In this document: positions 25,209-37,290 of the stretch, one piece after another | Layout: each line of letters begins with the position of its first letter | How positions within the stretch are numbered: position 1 is the stretch's first letter | DNA from: Lama guanicoe | Taxonomy: Eukaryota | Assembly: GCA_013239625.1 (NCBI GenBank) | Contig: MU053934.1 | Location: forward strand, 10,889,003-10,953,002 | Length of the DNA: 64,000 bases | Direction: 5' to 3' | Notes under the pieces: model-generated | Database searches by the model: none | Told to the model about the DNA's origin: nothing | Seen by the model: the letters and a program-made list of their open reading frames with translations, nothing else | Translations under genes and position numbers: made by a program

Positions 25209-26445
25209 GTGGTCACCCAGCTCTCCCGGCCCGCAGGCCGCAGTCTTGGGAACATGCTGACTAGCTGGCAGGTGTCCCAGCCGCTCAAACCAGGGGGCTC
25301 AGACCCAGAGAACCCCCTGCTCCCCATCCTGGGTGGGGTCGCCGTCTGCCTCCCCCGGCTGGTCTGTTTCCCCCTGTTTCTGGAAGCTGGAAGACTCGGT
25401 CCCTTTGCACTTGGGAACGGATGCTGGGGAGGAGGTGAGCGCTAATTTCTGCTCCCGTTCTGTGGGTCCCTGTGATGAGTGGACTTGCTGTTGTGGAGTT
25501 TTACACATTCCCGTCCCTTTCCTTTTTTTTTTTTTAATAATTTCTCCCAGCATCTAAGTTCTAGGGGGAAACAGTGACGACTTTTTTTCCCCCCACGATT
25601 ATGTTTCCTCTGCCTGGAGGAGGGCGTGGTCCAAGTTGATGTTTAATAATATTTTGAGTAAATAAAAATAAACCGAATTACACAAGGATAAGTTAACCAT
25701 GAATGAAATAAACCCGTTAGTGCCCGTTGAGCTTTGTCCTCCATGTGATCGATGCCCACATGTCCTTCCTGCCCCCATCAGAGCCCAACTCCACAGGCCG
25801 GGGAGCCGCTGTCAGTCCTGGGGCCCGTTCTCCACTCCTGTTTCTGGAATCCAAGAGTGTGAGCTGGCGGGGTGCCCCCGCCGCCGACTCAGCGACCCCA
25901 TCGCCCCCGGCACGTCAAGAGCTTGCCAGGTGCACCCTCCCTGGGGAATATTTAAAGTTAGCATTCACGTTGTTTTTCCTGTGTCTGTGTACCTGGTCCA
26001 TTTTTGTGTTCCCCGATTTATATACCATGGATGTGCGTTATTTTGTATTTAGGAAACAAGCACTATTTTTTAAATCCCCCCCAAAAGCTCCCTGCTGTTT
26101 AAGTCATTTTCCCAGGTTTAGTAAGTGGTGGGGGGAGCATGAAGGAGGCAGCTGGCTCCCGGCCCGAGGCCCCGGCCCCGTGTCGCCTGCTGCCCCCCAC
26201 GCTCCCCCCCCTGCCAGCCGGGCGCTCCCGCGTGGCGCTGGCCCCTTCACGGAGCTGGCGTTTCCCTAGCTGGCCCAGCTTCAGCTCTCGCACGGCTCTC
26301 TGCTCCCACCTGGGGAACACCCCACACGTCAAACCCGTTACCGGCGTTCTCCATGGAGACGTTCGGGGCCCTCCTTTCTCCACAGTCTCAGTCCAAGCTC
26401 TCTCACTTAGGACCCAGGTGACAGTGACGCCCCTCAGATTGCAAC

Positions 26446-26945
26446 TGTTACCGGTCCAAACTTCTGCTCGCAGCATGACAGGCCCATAAATCAAGAGATG
26501 GGGTGTTGGGACAAGGAAGAAGGACTTTATTCAGAGAGCCAGCAGACCAAGAAGATGGGGGACTAATGTCCTTGAGAATCACCTTCCTCAAGTCATAACT
26601 CAGGCTTTTTCTTTATACTGAAAAGGCGGTGGAGTGTGGCTGATCGCTGCAGACTTCTTGGTGTTGGAATCCTTTGTTCCTGCAGCCGTCCACCTAGGTC
26701 AGGTCACGGTGTCCCTGTGAACTTCCAGCAACACAAATGTGTTTTTCTATTCGGCCACTTAAAAAAAGTCTTTAAGTGAGTGGGAAGGTGCCACACCCTT
26801 AAGGGTCAGAGCCACGAGAACGGGCTCTCCTGTGGGTTTCAGGCTACAGGCAACATGCTTAACTTGCAGCAAACGCAGCAGAGTGCAGAGGCCAAGGTCA
26901 ACGGAACAGGCCGAGTGTGGGGTCGGGTTTGCTCCCCTGCAGGAC
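26446..26945 (-). mobile_element. ERV1-type solo LTR
   Basis: Begins tgttaccggtccaaact and is the reverse-complement homologue of 27402-27920 over its whole length. The right end is degenerate. Confidence 0.88.
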
Positions 26946-27401
26946 GTTCCCGCGTCCTCCCTCCCCGTCCACCCTGCCCAGCACTGTGGAAGCCCTGTCT
27001 TCCTCCCAAACGTTCCATTGGTCCCTTCCCCTTGAGATGACCCTCACATGGTCCCAAGCCCTCTACCCGCCCATTCATCTCTGTGGGTCCTTCGACCCAG
27101 ATCCAGGACTGTCCCTCAGAGCCTGGCGAGCCCGCGCGCCCTCCTGCCTGCTCGACTCCTCCCCTTCTCCACTTCCCCAGACAGAAGCCATTTTTAAGAC
27201 CACGCCGAAATGTCAGCTCTTCCACAAATGACCCGGAAGGAGTCCGTGCGCCCTCTGCGGTCCGCGCCCGGCACAGCGAGTGACGCTGCCCTCGGCCCTG
27301 GGGTAGCTGTTTCCGCGCGTTCGTGCTGGCCGGCCGCCTCGCTCGCCTGCTCCGGGCCCGGCGCACACCAGTGTGTGTGGCTCCGGGCAGTGCGGTCAGG
27401 G

Positions 27402-27920
27402 TGCAACAGGGAAGGACAAATGTGACCCCACGCTGCACCTGCCCCTTTGGCTCTGCCCTGGGCTCTGGGTCCCGGGCCCAGTCGGGCTGGTTCTGCTCCT
27501 CCTGTGAGAGAATGCCCCCTGGAGCCTGAGACCCACGGGAGGGCCGGTTCCCAGGGCTCTGGCCTTTAAGGGTGTAGCGCCTTCCATTCATTTAAAGATA
27601 AAAAGTTGCAAAGCAGAGGATAACAGGTGTCTTGTTGGAGGGTCACAGGACACTGTGACCTGACCCACGCGGACGGCTGCAAGAACAAAAGATTCTGACA
27701 CCAACAAGTTTGCAACAACCAACCGCACCTCCTCCCCTTTTTAAGTATAAAAGGAGCCTGAATTCTGACTTGGGGAGGATGGATCTCCAGGACATTTATC
27801 CCCCATCTTCTCGGTCTGCCGGCTTCCCGAATGAAGTTCTGAATTCCTCGCCCCAACACCCCATCTCCCAAGTCACTGGCCTGTTGTGCGGCGAGCAGAG
27901 CGAGTCTGGACTCAGTAACA
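27402..27920 (+). mobile_element. ERV1-type solo LTR with 4-bp TSD
   Basis: TG...CA termini (tgcaacaggg ... ctcagtaaca), TSD aggg at 27398-27401 and 27921-27924, TATAAAA at 27746. Confidence 0.92.
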
Positions 27921-28219
27921 AGGGCTCCCTGCTGGAGAGGCTCCCGGCCTCTGGCTGGGCTGCCCCGCAAGCCCTTTCCCCCTCCCTTGGACCGAAGGAC
28001 AGAAGCAGGCACTGCGACTTCTGCGAGTGCCCCCGCAGTGCGCGCTCTCCCGAAGCCCCCGAGCCCTCCCGGGGCGTCTCCCTGAGTCTCTGGCGCCTCC
28101 GGCCCACCCTGGAGTGTTCACGTCTGCAACTGCATCGGAGATTCAGCCCAGCTTCTTCCTCACCCTTACCTCTCAGCACACTTCTGGGAACTGCACAGGT
28201 GCTTAATAAATGCTCCCCG

Positions 28220-28480
28220 ATAAAGAGGATTAGATAATTTATGACCAAAGATGGAGAATAATTGCCGATGAGAATTACACACTAATAACGCAAAGAGCTC
28301 TGAGTTCATCTTGAAGTTTCTCTCTTGACCTGATTCTCAGCAAGGGGAACATAAAATCAAAGGTCGGCCTCGTTAGCTGGATGGCAGTGAGCTGTGAAGC
28401 TTCAATCGGCAGCCGGGGAAGGCTGATTACACAGATTAGAAATGCGCTTCTAGTGGGCACTTTTATCCAGCGAGAGGGGA
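28220..28480. promoter_or_regulatory. Candidate conserved non-coding element
   Basis: GGATTA at 28227, TTTATGA at 28238, ATCAAAG at 28356 and several TAAT cores in non-repetitive sequence. Confidence 0.45.
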
Positions 28481-29139
28481 AGGATGAAACGGGGCCCACG
28501 AATCCTCTGATATGTCCTGTCTTTCTTCCCTACCTTCACGGGCTCGGCTGGGAGTCTGCCCTTTTCATTCAAGCGTAGCTTCAATATTTGGACGGGGACT
28601 CCTCCCTCCTTGGATGAAGATGCCGGGTCCCCCTTTTAATGGTGGTCTTCAGACCTCCAGATGAGCTGCCTGATGGCTGGGGTCATTGTTGACATGGTGG
28701 GAAACACACATTTCACCACCTACACGTTATCTGGAAGCTTCTCAAGAGAGGGTCGAGCATCTGACTCAGGTCCGGGTCTAACACGGGATGAGGCACGGCT
28801 GATGCCCAGGTTCACCATTCCCCCCAGGTGATAGGGTGAGAACTACGTCTTTCTCGCTCACTTACATGAAGCCTCCAGTCCTCTTCCTGGGAGATGCCCC
28901 ACCCACTGAGCTCTCAAAGCCGCCAGCCTGGCTTGGGGTCACCGCCTCCATCTCCCCGAATACCAGGCCCATTCACTGTGACATCAGTGGCATTGACGTT
29001 TGGTGCCGGCATAATTCAAGAATAAACAAAAATAGCCCAGGACTCCATCTCCCCCCAGTTGACTGGGAGCCCTGGGCAGTAGGGTGTCCAGGGTCCACCT
29101 CAGGGTCCTGGGCTGTCCCCTTGCTCCGGGAGGTTTGTT

Positions 29140-29255
29140 TAGGGAAGGAAGAGAAGATGGAGGAGGGAAGGAGAAGAGAAGGGAGCGGGGAAGGGGGAAG
29201 AGAAGGAAGAGGGGGAAGGAGGTAATAAGCAGGAGGAGAGAAGGAGGGAAGGAGA
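29140..29255. repeat. Polypurine (GA-rich) low-complexity tract
   Basis: agggaaggaagagaagatggaggagggaaggagaagagaaggg... Confidence 0.8.
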
Positions 29256-29329
29256 CTTACAGGGAGTCGAGTCCAGTAACTGAAACCTTGACAGCATCTC
29301 AGGTGCCATGCGGCGCGCCCGGTCTCAGC

Positions 29330-29430
29330 TTCCCAAAATGCACACTAATTAATGAGGCGCATATGCTATCAGTTGTGTATAAATAATTACAGGTCCTTAA
29401 CAACATACACTAATTATATGCCCACTTAAA
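29330..29430. promoter_or_regulatory. Candidate homeodomain-site cluster
   Basis: ACACTAATTA twice (29342, 29407), TAATTA at 29384, palindromic GCATATGC at 29359. Confidence 0.45.
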
Positions 29431-29531
29431 CGTGTGTGTACAGGGGTGTGTAAATGTGGCTCTTGTGCGACACCCATGTGAGCTGTTTGTGACTGAGAGT
29501 GGCTCCTCCAGGACCCCAGCTGCAGCCACAG

Positions 29532-29848
29532 GGGGTCAGGAGTAGGGGCTGGGGGGCGTAGACGGGGGTCGGGAGTGAGGGGNNNNNNNNNNNNNNNNNN
29601 NNNNNNNNNNNNNNNNNNNNNNNNNNNNNNNNNNNNNNNNNNNNNNNNNNNNNNNNNNNNNNNNNNNNNNNNNNNNNNNNNNNNNNNNNNNNNNNNNNNN
29701 NNNNNNNNNNNNNNNNNNNNNNNNNNNNNNNNNNNNNNNNNNNNNNNNNNGGGGTCGGGAGTGAGGGGTGGGGGGCGTAGACTGGGGTCGGGAGTGAGGG
29801 GTGGGGGGCATAATCGGGGGTGGGGGGTGAGGTGTGGGGGGCGTAGTC
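29532..29848. repeat. G-rich 33-bp minisatellite spanning an assembly gap
   Basis: Unit ggggtcgggagtgaggggtggggggcgtagact is present on both sides of the N-run, with degenerate outer copies. Confidence 0.92.
29583..29750. other. Assembly gap (168 N)
   Basis: Run of n characters. Confidence 1.
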
Positions 29849-30611
29849 GGCTGCCTTGTTCACAGTGCTTGGGAAGACCTGCCCTTCATTGCAGAGAATC
29901 AATATTTGTACAGTTGGTTCACTGTAAAATTTCATTGTTATGAGGTGACACGTTTTCCTCACTGGTCCCCAAACGGATATAAAAACCCAACAGTGAAAGT
30001 GACGTGATGAGGGAAGGCAGTAGGTGACAATCATCGAGTGATTAGGACACACACAGCTGTGGCGGGAGCCATCCCCTTTTTCCCACGTGGCCCCGTGGGG
30101 TGGGAACAGCTACCACGCCCACCTCACAGAGGTCTTCCCCAAGGGGCTGCTGTCCTGAGCGGAGGCAGAGACGTGGCCTGGCTGTCGATCCCGGGTCTGT
30201 GCTCTCAGAAGCTGGGACCACACATTCCAGCACCTTCTGCTGTGACCCTTGGAGTCTCAAGTCCTGGAAAGGCACGTGCTGGGAACCAGAGGTTTCTTCC
30301 CACCGGCCCCGGTGTTTGTGTATGTGGTGGGCGTTGACATGAGTTAACATTACAAAGTACAAAATGTAACATTTTTCATCCCCAGAGTTCATTTTCTATG
30401 TCCTGAGGCACCAAGGAATTGTCCACAACCACAGAGCTGTTTAGGATCAACGCTAGTCCCGGGGCCAAGTCACCAGCCGTTCTGCCCCACACCCCTGCGA
30501 GGCTGCGTGTCCAGTGCATAATTCTGACCCCCTGAAACCTACCCTTCCTTGACTCTATCGGCGCAGGTCAGTCCTAGGTAGACTTGTCTCCAGTTCTCAA
30601 TTCAGAAGTCC

Positions 30612-31251
30612 ATGTGTCCTGGTCATCCCACTTCCCGGCATGTATCCAGAGGGATCTTACTTCAGAAAGACACCTGTGCCCCAGTGTTCATAGCAGCACT
30701 ATTCACAACAGCCAAGACATGGAGACAGCCTAAATGTCCAGTAACTACAGATGACTGGATAAAGAAGATGTGGTATATCTATACAGTGAAATACTGCTCA
30801 GCCATAAAAAACAACACAGCAGCATTTGCAGCAACATGGATGTACTTGGAGAATGTCATTCTAAATGAAGTAAGCCAGAAAGAGAAAGAAAAATACCATA
30901 TGAGATTGCTCATATGTGGAATTAAAAAAAAAGAACATAAATACAAAACAGAAACAGACTCATAGACATAGAATACAAACTTGTGGTTGCCAAGGGGGCA
31001 GGGGGTGGGAAGGGACAGGCTGGGAGTTCAAAATTTGTAGATACTGACAGGCATATGAAGACTAGATAAACAAGATTATACTGTACAGCACAGGGAAACA
31101 TATACAAGATCTGATGGTAGCTCACAGCAAAGAAAAGTGACAATGAATATATATATATGTTCATGTATAACTGAATAATCATGCTCTACACTGGAAATTG
31201 ACACAACATTGTAAACTGACTATATAACTCAGTAAAAAACAAAAACAAAAA
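30612..31251 (+). mobile_element. 5'-truncated lineage-specific LINE-1 with poly-A-derived tail and TSD
   Basis: Translates to the ORF2 C-terminus (QKDTCAPVFIAALFTTAKTWRQPKCP...WIKKMWYIYT). Has a full 3'UTR, an (AAAAAC)n tail and TSD cagaagtcc at 30603-30611 and 31252-31260. Confidence 0.96.
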
Positions 31252-31635
31252 CAGAAGTCCCTTTCCATTTCTGGTGCTAAAACACATATTTTCTACTAAT
31301 TGTTATAGTGACCTTTTTCTAAGATGCAGCATCAGACGCCAGGAGTCCCACCACTGGTTCCACTGGCAGGATCACCCCCGGAGCAGACCCAGAGGGGAGC
31401 ACCATGGATGGAGGAAATTGTGGGAGGCCCCCGGGGTGACCGCCAACCTGGCCAGGCCTGGCTGTGGGAGCTGGTGTTGTCCTGTACCTGCTCCTCCAAC
31501 ATGGACTTGAGCTGGACAGTGATGGTTCCCATTCTCGCTGCCCCTAGAAGCTCAGGTCCAGATCCCAGGAGGAAACCATGGAAACACGGATGCTTATTCT
31601 TGTAAGAAGCTGAGAAAAGCCAGTAGCAGCCAAAC

Positions 31636-32247
31636 TGAGACAGGAGGGAAGGAGACAGGGCACAGCTATTCAAGGAACGACACCAACACCAAAGTGGCAG
31701 AGATTCAACCCCCAACATGACTTGAGGCCAAAGCCGGCAGAAGAGTTCACTTCTAGTCTAACTTGAGCCTCGTTACACCCTCACTGCAATATATTAACAT
31801 GATAAACAGCGCTCCCACAGGCGCCGTGACAGTTCCGAGGCCGCCCATAAAAGGCGGTGGCCCAGTTCCTGAGAATCCCAGCCTCTCCCCCCAAAGTAGT
31901 GGACTATCCTTTCACTTGCTAGCACGTGAAGTTACTGAGCCCACAAAACCAGCCACCCCGCGCCTCGTGGCCGCCCTCCCTTGAGTGAGATGGCCACACT
32001 CTGCCTACGGAGCGTGCACCTACTGCTCCCCATGCTGAGCGCCCACCCTGATGCCTCGCGGCCGCCCTGGCCTTCTGTCTGTGGAGTGTGTATCTCTCTG
32101 AACGCATCTACCTTTAATCAGCTGTGCCTCGCTCTTGAATTCCTTCCTGCGTGAAGCCAAGGACCCACGTTCGGCAGGGCATGCCCCAGGGGCTCAGCCG
32201 AGACCTGGAACACGCCCATCCTCTGGCCCCACATTTTTTCTGTATTG
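31636..32247 (+). mobile_element. ERV1 solo LTR, MER41-related
   Basis: tgagacagg start; ctcccacaggcgccgtgacagtt, ctctgcctacggag and ctcgctcttgaattccttcctgcgtgaagccaaggaccc resemble remembered MER41-group LTR motifs. The right end is approximate. Confidence 0.78.
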
Positions 32248-33111
32248 AAATGACTTCCAGGGAACAGGGGAGTAATAACCTGGACAGTGCCTGCCCACAG
32301 CCCCTGCTCCCGGGGGCACCCAAGGGGGCATTCAGGCTTCACGGACAGGTTACCACGTCTGGGATGTCCCACGCCGAGGCTGACTCACCACCCCATCCTC
32401 TGAGCCTCCTGTGCTCACATGGCCTGGTCCTGACCTTCCCCTGGGGGAAGGTGAGCTGAAGTAACAGGCATTTGAACACAGCTATTTCAGAAGAAGAATA
32501 GAGAAAACGGATTTTAGGTGGCACTAGAAATGAAAATACGAGAACTGATCAAAAAATTAAAATTCATCTAATAAATGTCTTTCCTGCACCAAGCGTTACT
32601 GTTGAAAAATCTATTTATCTTATTCTCGTTCCTTTGTGAGTGAGGTGTTCTTTTTTAACCTTTTAAAATTTCCCTTTTTGTCCATTTTATATGTTAATAT
32701 TGCCATAATATGTGGATATATAAGAAGACGATGGGGTAGTGTGTTCAAAGTATTAAAGGAAAGCACTTCAAATTTGGAAAATAGTATTTTTCTCCAAATA
32801 GATTGTCATTCAAATATGAGGGCTTAATAAGGCATTCAAGAGCTCAGAAGCTTTGTCACACAAAGAACCACAAAGAAAATAGCTTTTTTTTAAATAAAAA
32901 AGGAGATGTTAAAAGCGATATCTGAGATAAAGATAGTCAAGCATCTTGGGAAACTTGGGTGTTCTTAAGAAAATAAGGGAAAACCAAAACCATGTGAAAA
33001 GAGAAAATATATCCCAGATAACTTGGAGTTAAGGGTATAGACACAGCCAATATGATGGGGGCTTTGGCAAAGCCTTAGCATTAGACACAAGAGCCTGCTG
33101 AGGCTTGTGTC

Positions 33112-33878
33112 TGCGGTATAACGAAGAATAAATATTAACCCCCACCCAGCTCCTTAAACTCCCCGGAGCTGTCGGGCCGATAAGCACATCCTTCACACGC
33201 TAATGAGATGACTAGTGGTGGGGCCAGCAGACAGCTTCGGGGGTCTGGTCCCCAGAGAGGTCCCGGCATGACTAGAGGGTTGGAATTTTCAGCCCCAGTC
33301 ACAACCTCCAGGGAGAGGAGAGGAGCTGGAGATGGCACGCCCTCATCAAAGGCCGATGATTTAGTCAGTCTTGTTCTCAAAAGGAAATCTCCATGAAACC
33401 CCTAAAGAATAGAGGTCCGCCCCTGGGCTGGTGCACCTGCGGAGGTGCTGGGAGGGCCGGGCCCCACCGAGGACGCGGAGGTTCCGCAGATGCTGCCCCA
33501 GTCCTTCCCTGTGCCTGCCCCCACGACGGCTACTCCGGAGCTGGATCCTTCACCATCACCTGCCAGAGACGCGCAGTGTGTTCTGAGTGAGGGCTGTGCT
33601 CACGCATTATTGAGCCCGAAGAGGGTCGCGGGAGCCGCAGATTCGCAGTGACTGAGTGGCGTTGTTGGGGCCGGCAGCCTGGGCGCCCACTTTGAGCTGG
33701 CGTCTGAGGTGGGGCGGCCTGGCGGGACTGAGCCCGGGGCCTGAGGGGTGCGCGCTAAGTCTAGGGGGCTCACGTCAGCAGTGAGCTATGTCGTAGGGCA
33801 TCCAGCTGGTGTCAGAGAGGTGCAGCAGAGCTGTTGTAAAGACACCATGTATTTGTCATCAGGAGGAAAAAACCCTCA
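33112..33878 (+). mobile_element. MER21C-like solo LTR with 5-bp TSD
   Basis: TG...CA termini, perfect TSD gtgtc at 33107-33111 and 33879-33883, and the motif tagagggttggaattttcagcccca...cctccagggagaggagaggagctggag. Confidence 0.9.
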
Positions 33879-35180
33879 GTGTCTTATTAGCAAATGACAA
33901 ATATATTAATTTTAAAAAGAAGAAAGAAAAATACAAAATAGTGGACAGATTTTAATTAATTATGATCAATGGAAATAATAAAATATATCAGCAAGCATAA
34001 TAAATGTAAGTAAACTCACTGAACAAGTTATGAAAAGATAAATTGTCTGAAGACCAGAAATCCATATATAAGCTGTTACTATTAACAGAACTAAAATATG
34101 AATTTATGCAACGACTGAGAGTAACGAGAAAAAAATCCTGGAAAATATGAAGCTGATAAATTTGGCATGGCAACATTTTAATATCTAATAAAACAAACCT
34201 TGAAGGAAAAATGTGTTATTGGAAATGCATCTACTACGCACTTTTGGAAAGCTTTACTTCACCAAGAGAACTCGTGGTTTTCCTACTAGCTGTAGGAAAA
34301 GCTTCAGCATCCAGTCATGTTGAAGGAAACAAAACAAAACAAAACAAACAAAAAATACTCCTAGCAAGCTAGAGACTGAGGGAACTTCTCTAATCAAATA
34401 AAGAATATTTGTAAATAAAAATACCTTAGAGTAAATACTATCTTTGGTCTTTCGCACTGAAATAGGAGTTGGGAAAGGGGCAAACACCCTGCTATACCAA
34501 CTTGCATTCAGCATTGCAATAGTGGCCGTAGCTGGAGTAATATGGCAAGAAAAAGTTAAATAAATTCACATGAATTGGAAAGGAAGAAATAGATCTGTTA
34601 CTTTAGATGACATGTTTATGTATTTGGAAGACTCTAAACTATTAGAATTAAGAAGCAAATTTTACAAAGATGCTGGATAAGAGTAAAATATACAGTCTAA
34701 CACATTTTGCCTATTCAGAACAAAGAAATATAAAATAAAAAATTAAATGACTTTTTTCCTATAGCATCACACAAATTCAAATACCTAAAAATGAAGCTAA
34801 TCAAAGATGTAAACAAATTTTTCATCAGTGCCACAGAAAGCCCAGGCTGTGAAATGTTTGTCACCCGTTTACGAGGAGATAAAAATGTAAGATTAGGTGT
34901 GTAGAAACTTCTATGGCAAGTTTGACATCGCCACAATATTTTCATTTTGCTTTGCAAACATACCGCGTTAGAAACTTGAAAAACAAAACGAAGCAAAAAC
35001 ATGCTGGTTCTTCACCACAGATAATTTGAGAAGCACTGTTGCATCCTAAAGCCTTTAATATTTTTGAAAATAATGAAAGGACCACATACATAGAGAAGTG
35101 ATCCATGCCTTTTAACCAGAAGACTCAATAATGTTAACACGACCATCTTCCTAAACTAACCAATGCAACCCCAGGAGAAT

Positions 35181-35182
<2 letters not shown>

Positions 35183-35213
<31 letters not shown>
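35183..35213. repeat. (GT)15 microsatellite
   Basis: Perfect gt run. Confidence 0.97.
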
Positions 35214-35216
<3 letters not shown>

Positions 35217-36869
35217 AAATTCATGCACTGTGTCTGAAGTTTAGATGGACATACAAAAGGCCAAGAATAACTGTGGCAACTGGAAGGGAAGGGACAAAGC
35301 TGGACCACTGGCAACTCTACATGAGAAATTCTATCGTCAAATTGTATTAACTGAGACGGTGGAGGGATGGTGCGGGATGTTGCACGATGGATGAACAGAC
35401 CAATGGAACCAAACCGTTCAGAAACAAATCCCCATGTTTACAAGCCCTGACTTGTGGAGAAGGTCACACTGCAGCGGGATGGAAACATACAGGCTTTTTA
35501 ACGCTTGGCCAACAGGACATCTGTGAGGAAGTGAGACTCAGTCTCACTTCATACCATATGCAAACACCAACTAGAGATGATTTTTTAACACTAAATATAA
35601 AAGTTTAAAACAAGAAGATTTTGGAGGGAAACATAGAAGGCCATCTGTATGGCCCTGGAGCAGGTAACAATCTTAAACTTAATATAAAAATTGCTAAAAA
35701 TGAAGGAAAAAGAATGGCTGTGCTTCCTCATGTTAAAATTAGGAGCACCTGCTCACCAGATGACATGGTTAATAGAAGTGAAAGTCACGAAACGGAGTGG
35801 GAGGAAGTTCTTGACGTGCAGGTAACACACGCAATGCGCAGAGCACGTGGACTTGTGTCTAGAGCTTAGTGAAAAATACATTCAAATTAGCAATATAAAG
35901 GCAGGCAACTCAAAATCAAATTAGGCCAAAGACTGAAGAGATCCTGCTTAAAAATAAGCACTCACACGGTCAGTAAAGCACTCACACATGCAAATCCACT
36001 GCTCTTCATTAGTCGTCCCAGAAATGCAAATGAGAGCACAAACCAGCGGACACGGATTAGCGAGCGTTACCAGGAGGGTGGGCAGAGAAAGAGCTCGCAA
36101 AGGTTGAAATGCAGGAATCACTGTCACGTGAGAAATACTGGCGGACACTGGAAATAAGATAAAGACAGCGTTTCAGACCATGGTGATGACACACAGATTG
36201 AAATAGGTAAGGGGGGGTGTGTGGACTCCCCATCTGCACATGATAGAAACAGGGAAGACACAGGTGAACGGAAAGCATGCTGCCACCAATAAAAATATAA
36301 AGGTATCGTGGTAAAGAGGCAAGTCCTCAAAACACAGCACATCCAAGCAGTCTCAGGATTATCAAGTGAGGAATGGGGTATTTGAACATGAACCCCCCCC
36401 AAAAAAGAAAAAAAAAATCTCCCACAGCCAGAGTCACCTTGTAACCACCTCCTCACTATTACCCAGAGTCAGAAAGAGGTTCTCAACATGAAAATATTTC
36501 CAAAAAAACCCTCAAGATTCAACCTCATGAAACCAATGACAAATAGTGTTTCTTATGATCGTGCTTTAAAGAAATAGATAAATTTTCCTTTTGTGATTAC
36601 TTTTGTCATATGCGGTGTTTATCTTATTTCTAATACTTTAGTCTATTAATTTTTCTCCTAATAATTTACAGAACTGCAGTATGTGCTTAGCTTTATTTCT
36701 GCTGTTATATTTCAGTTGATTTTTAAAATGTATTTTATCATTTTTGGTATTTATATCATTTAGTTTCAATTTTTTTTAGTACATTTTGAACACTTAGACT
36801 GTCTGCATTTTGGCCTTGCATAAAATACTCAAATGCTAGCATTGTCACTCCATTACAGTCTTGGCATCG

Positions 36870-37290
36870 TCACTGCCCCTGCCCCCACTACATTTCAGCC
36901 ACACTGGCCCCCTGGCTGGGCCTCCCCATGCACAGTCATCGCTGGCCGGCTGTGGCGCTTGCTCGCCACTGTGCAGGCATGTGTTAGTTGAATATTCAAG
37001 CATCACCTCTCTGTGCATCAGGTTTTTACTATGTGCCATCATCCCAGAGAAGCAGTCCTGACCATCCTTTCAGAAGAGACCCACTGTCACTCTCCACTCC
37101 TGCCAGCACCCTGTTTCATTTGTCTTAATGGAATTAATCGACCTGCATTTCAATAATGTATTTGTTGCTCATTATCTGACTCCCTCATTAAAATAAATCA
37201 CCATAAAAGCAGGGATATTGTCAGGGTTGGGACAGAACTGCACTGGCACAGAGTAAAATCCAATATGCATTCATTAAATAAATGAATGAG
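36870..37290 (+). mobile_element. L2 3' region
   Basis: ttcagccacactggcc ... ctggcacagagtaa ... aaataaatgaatgag tail. Confidence 0.7.

Larger units (their letters stand above)
32520..36450 (+). mobile_element. Highly decayed L1M (ORF1/ORF2 remnants), interrupted by an LTR
   Basis: A-rich strand bias with ORF2 remnants (aaaagcttcagcatcca, aattggaaaggaagaaata, taaactattagaattaa, gatccatg...gaagactcaata). Confidence 0.7.

Noticed and set aside
26446..27920. Long terminal inverted repeats of a DNA transposon or foldback element
   Set aside because: Each arm has LTR features, the right arm has its own TSD, and no shared TSD flanks the outer ends.
29532..29848. 33-bp repeats as a CRISPR-like array
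   Set aside because: Head-to-tail units with no spacers, no cas genes and a mammalian context.
30612..30965. 117-aa ORF as a gene
   Set aside because: It is the ORF2 C-terminus of a 5'-truncated L1.
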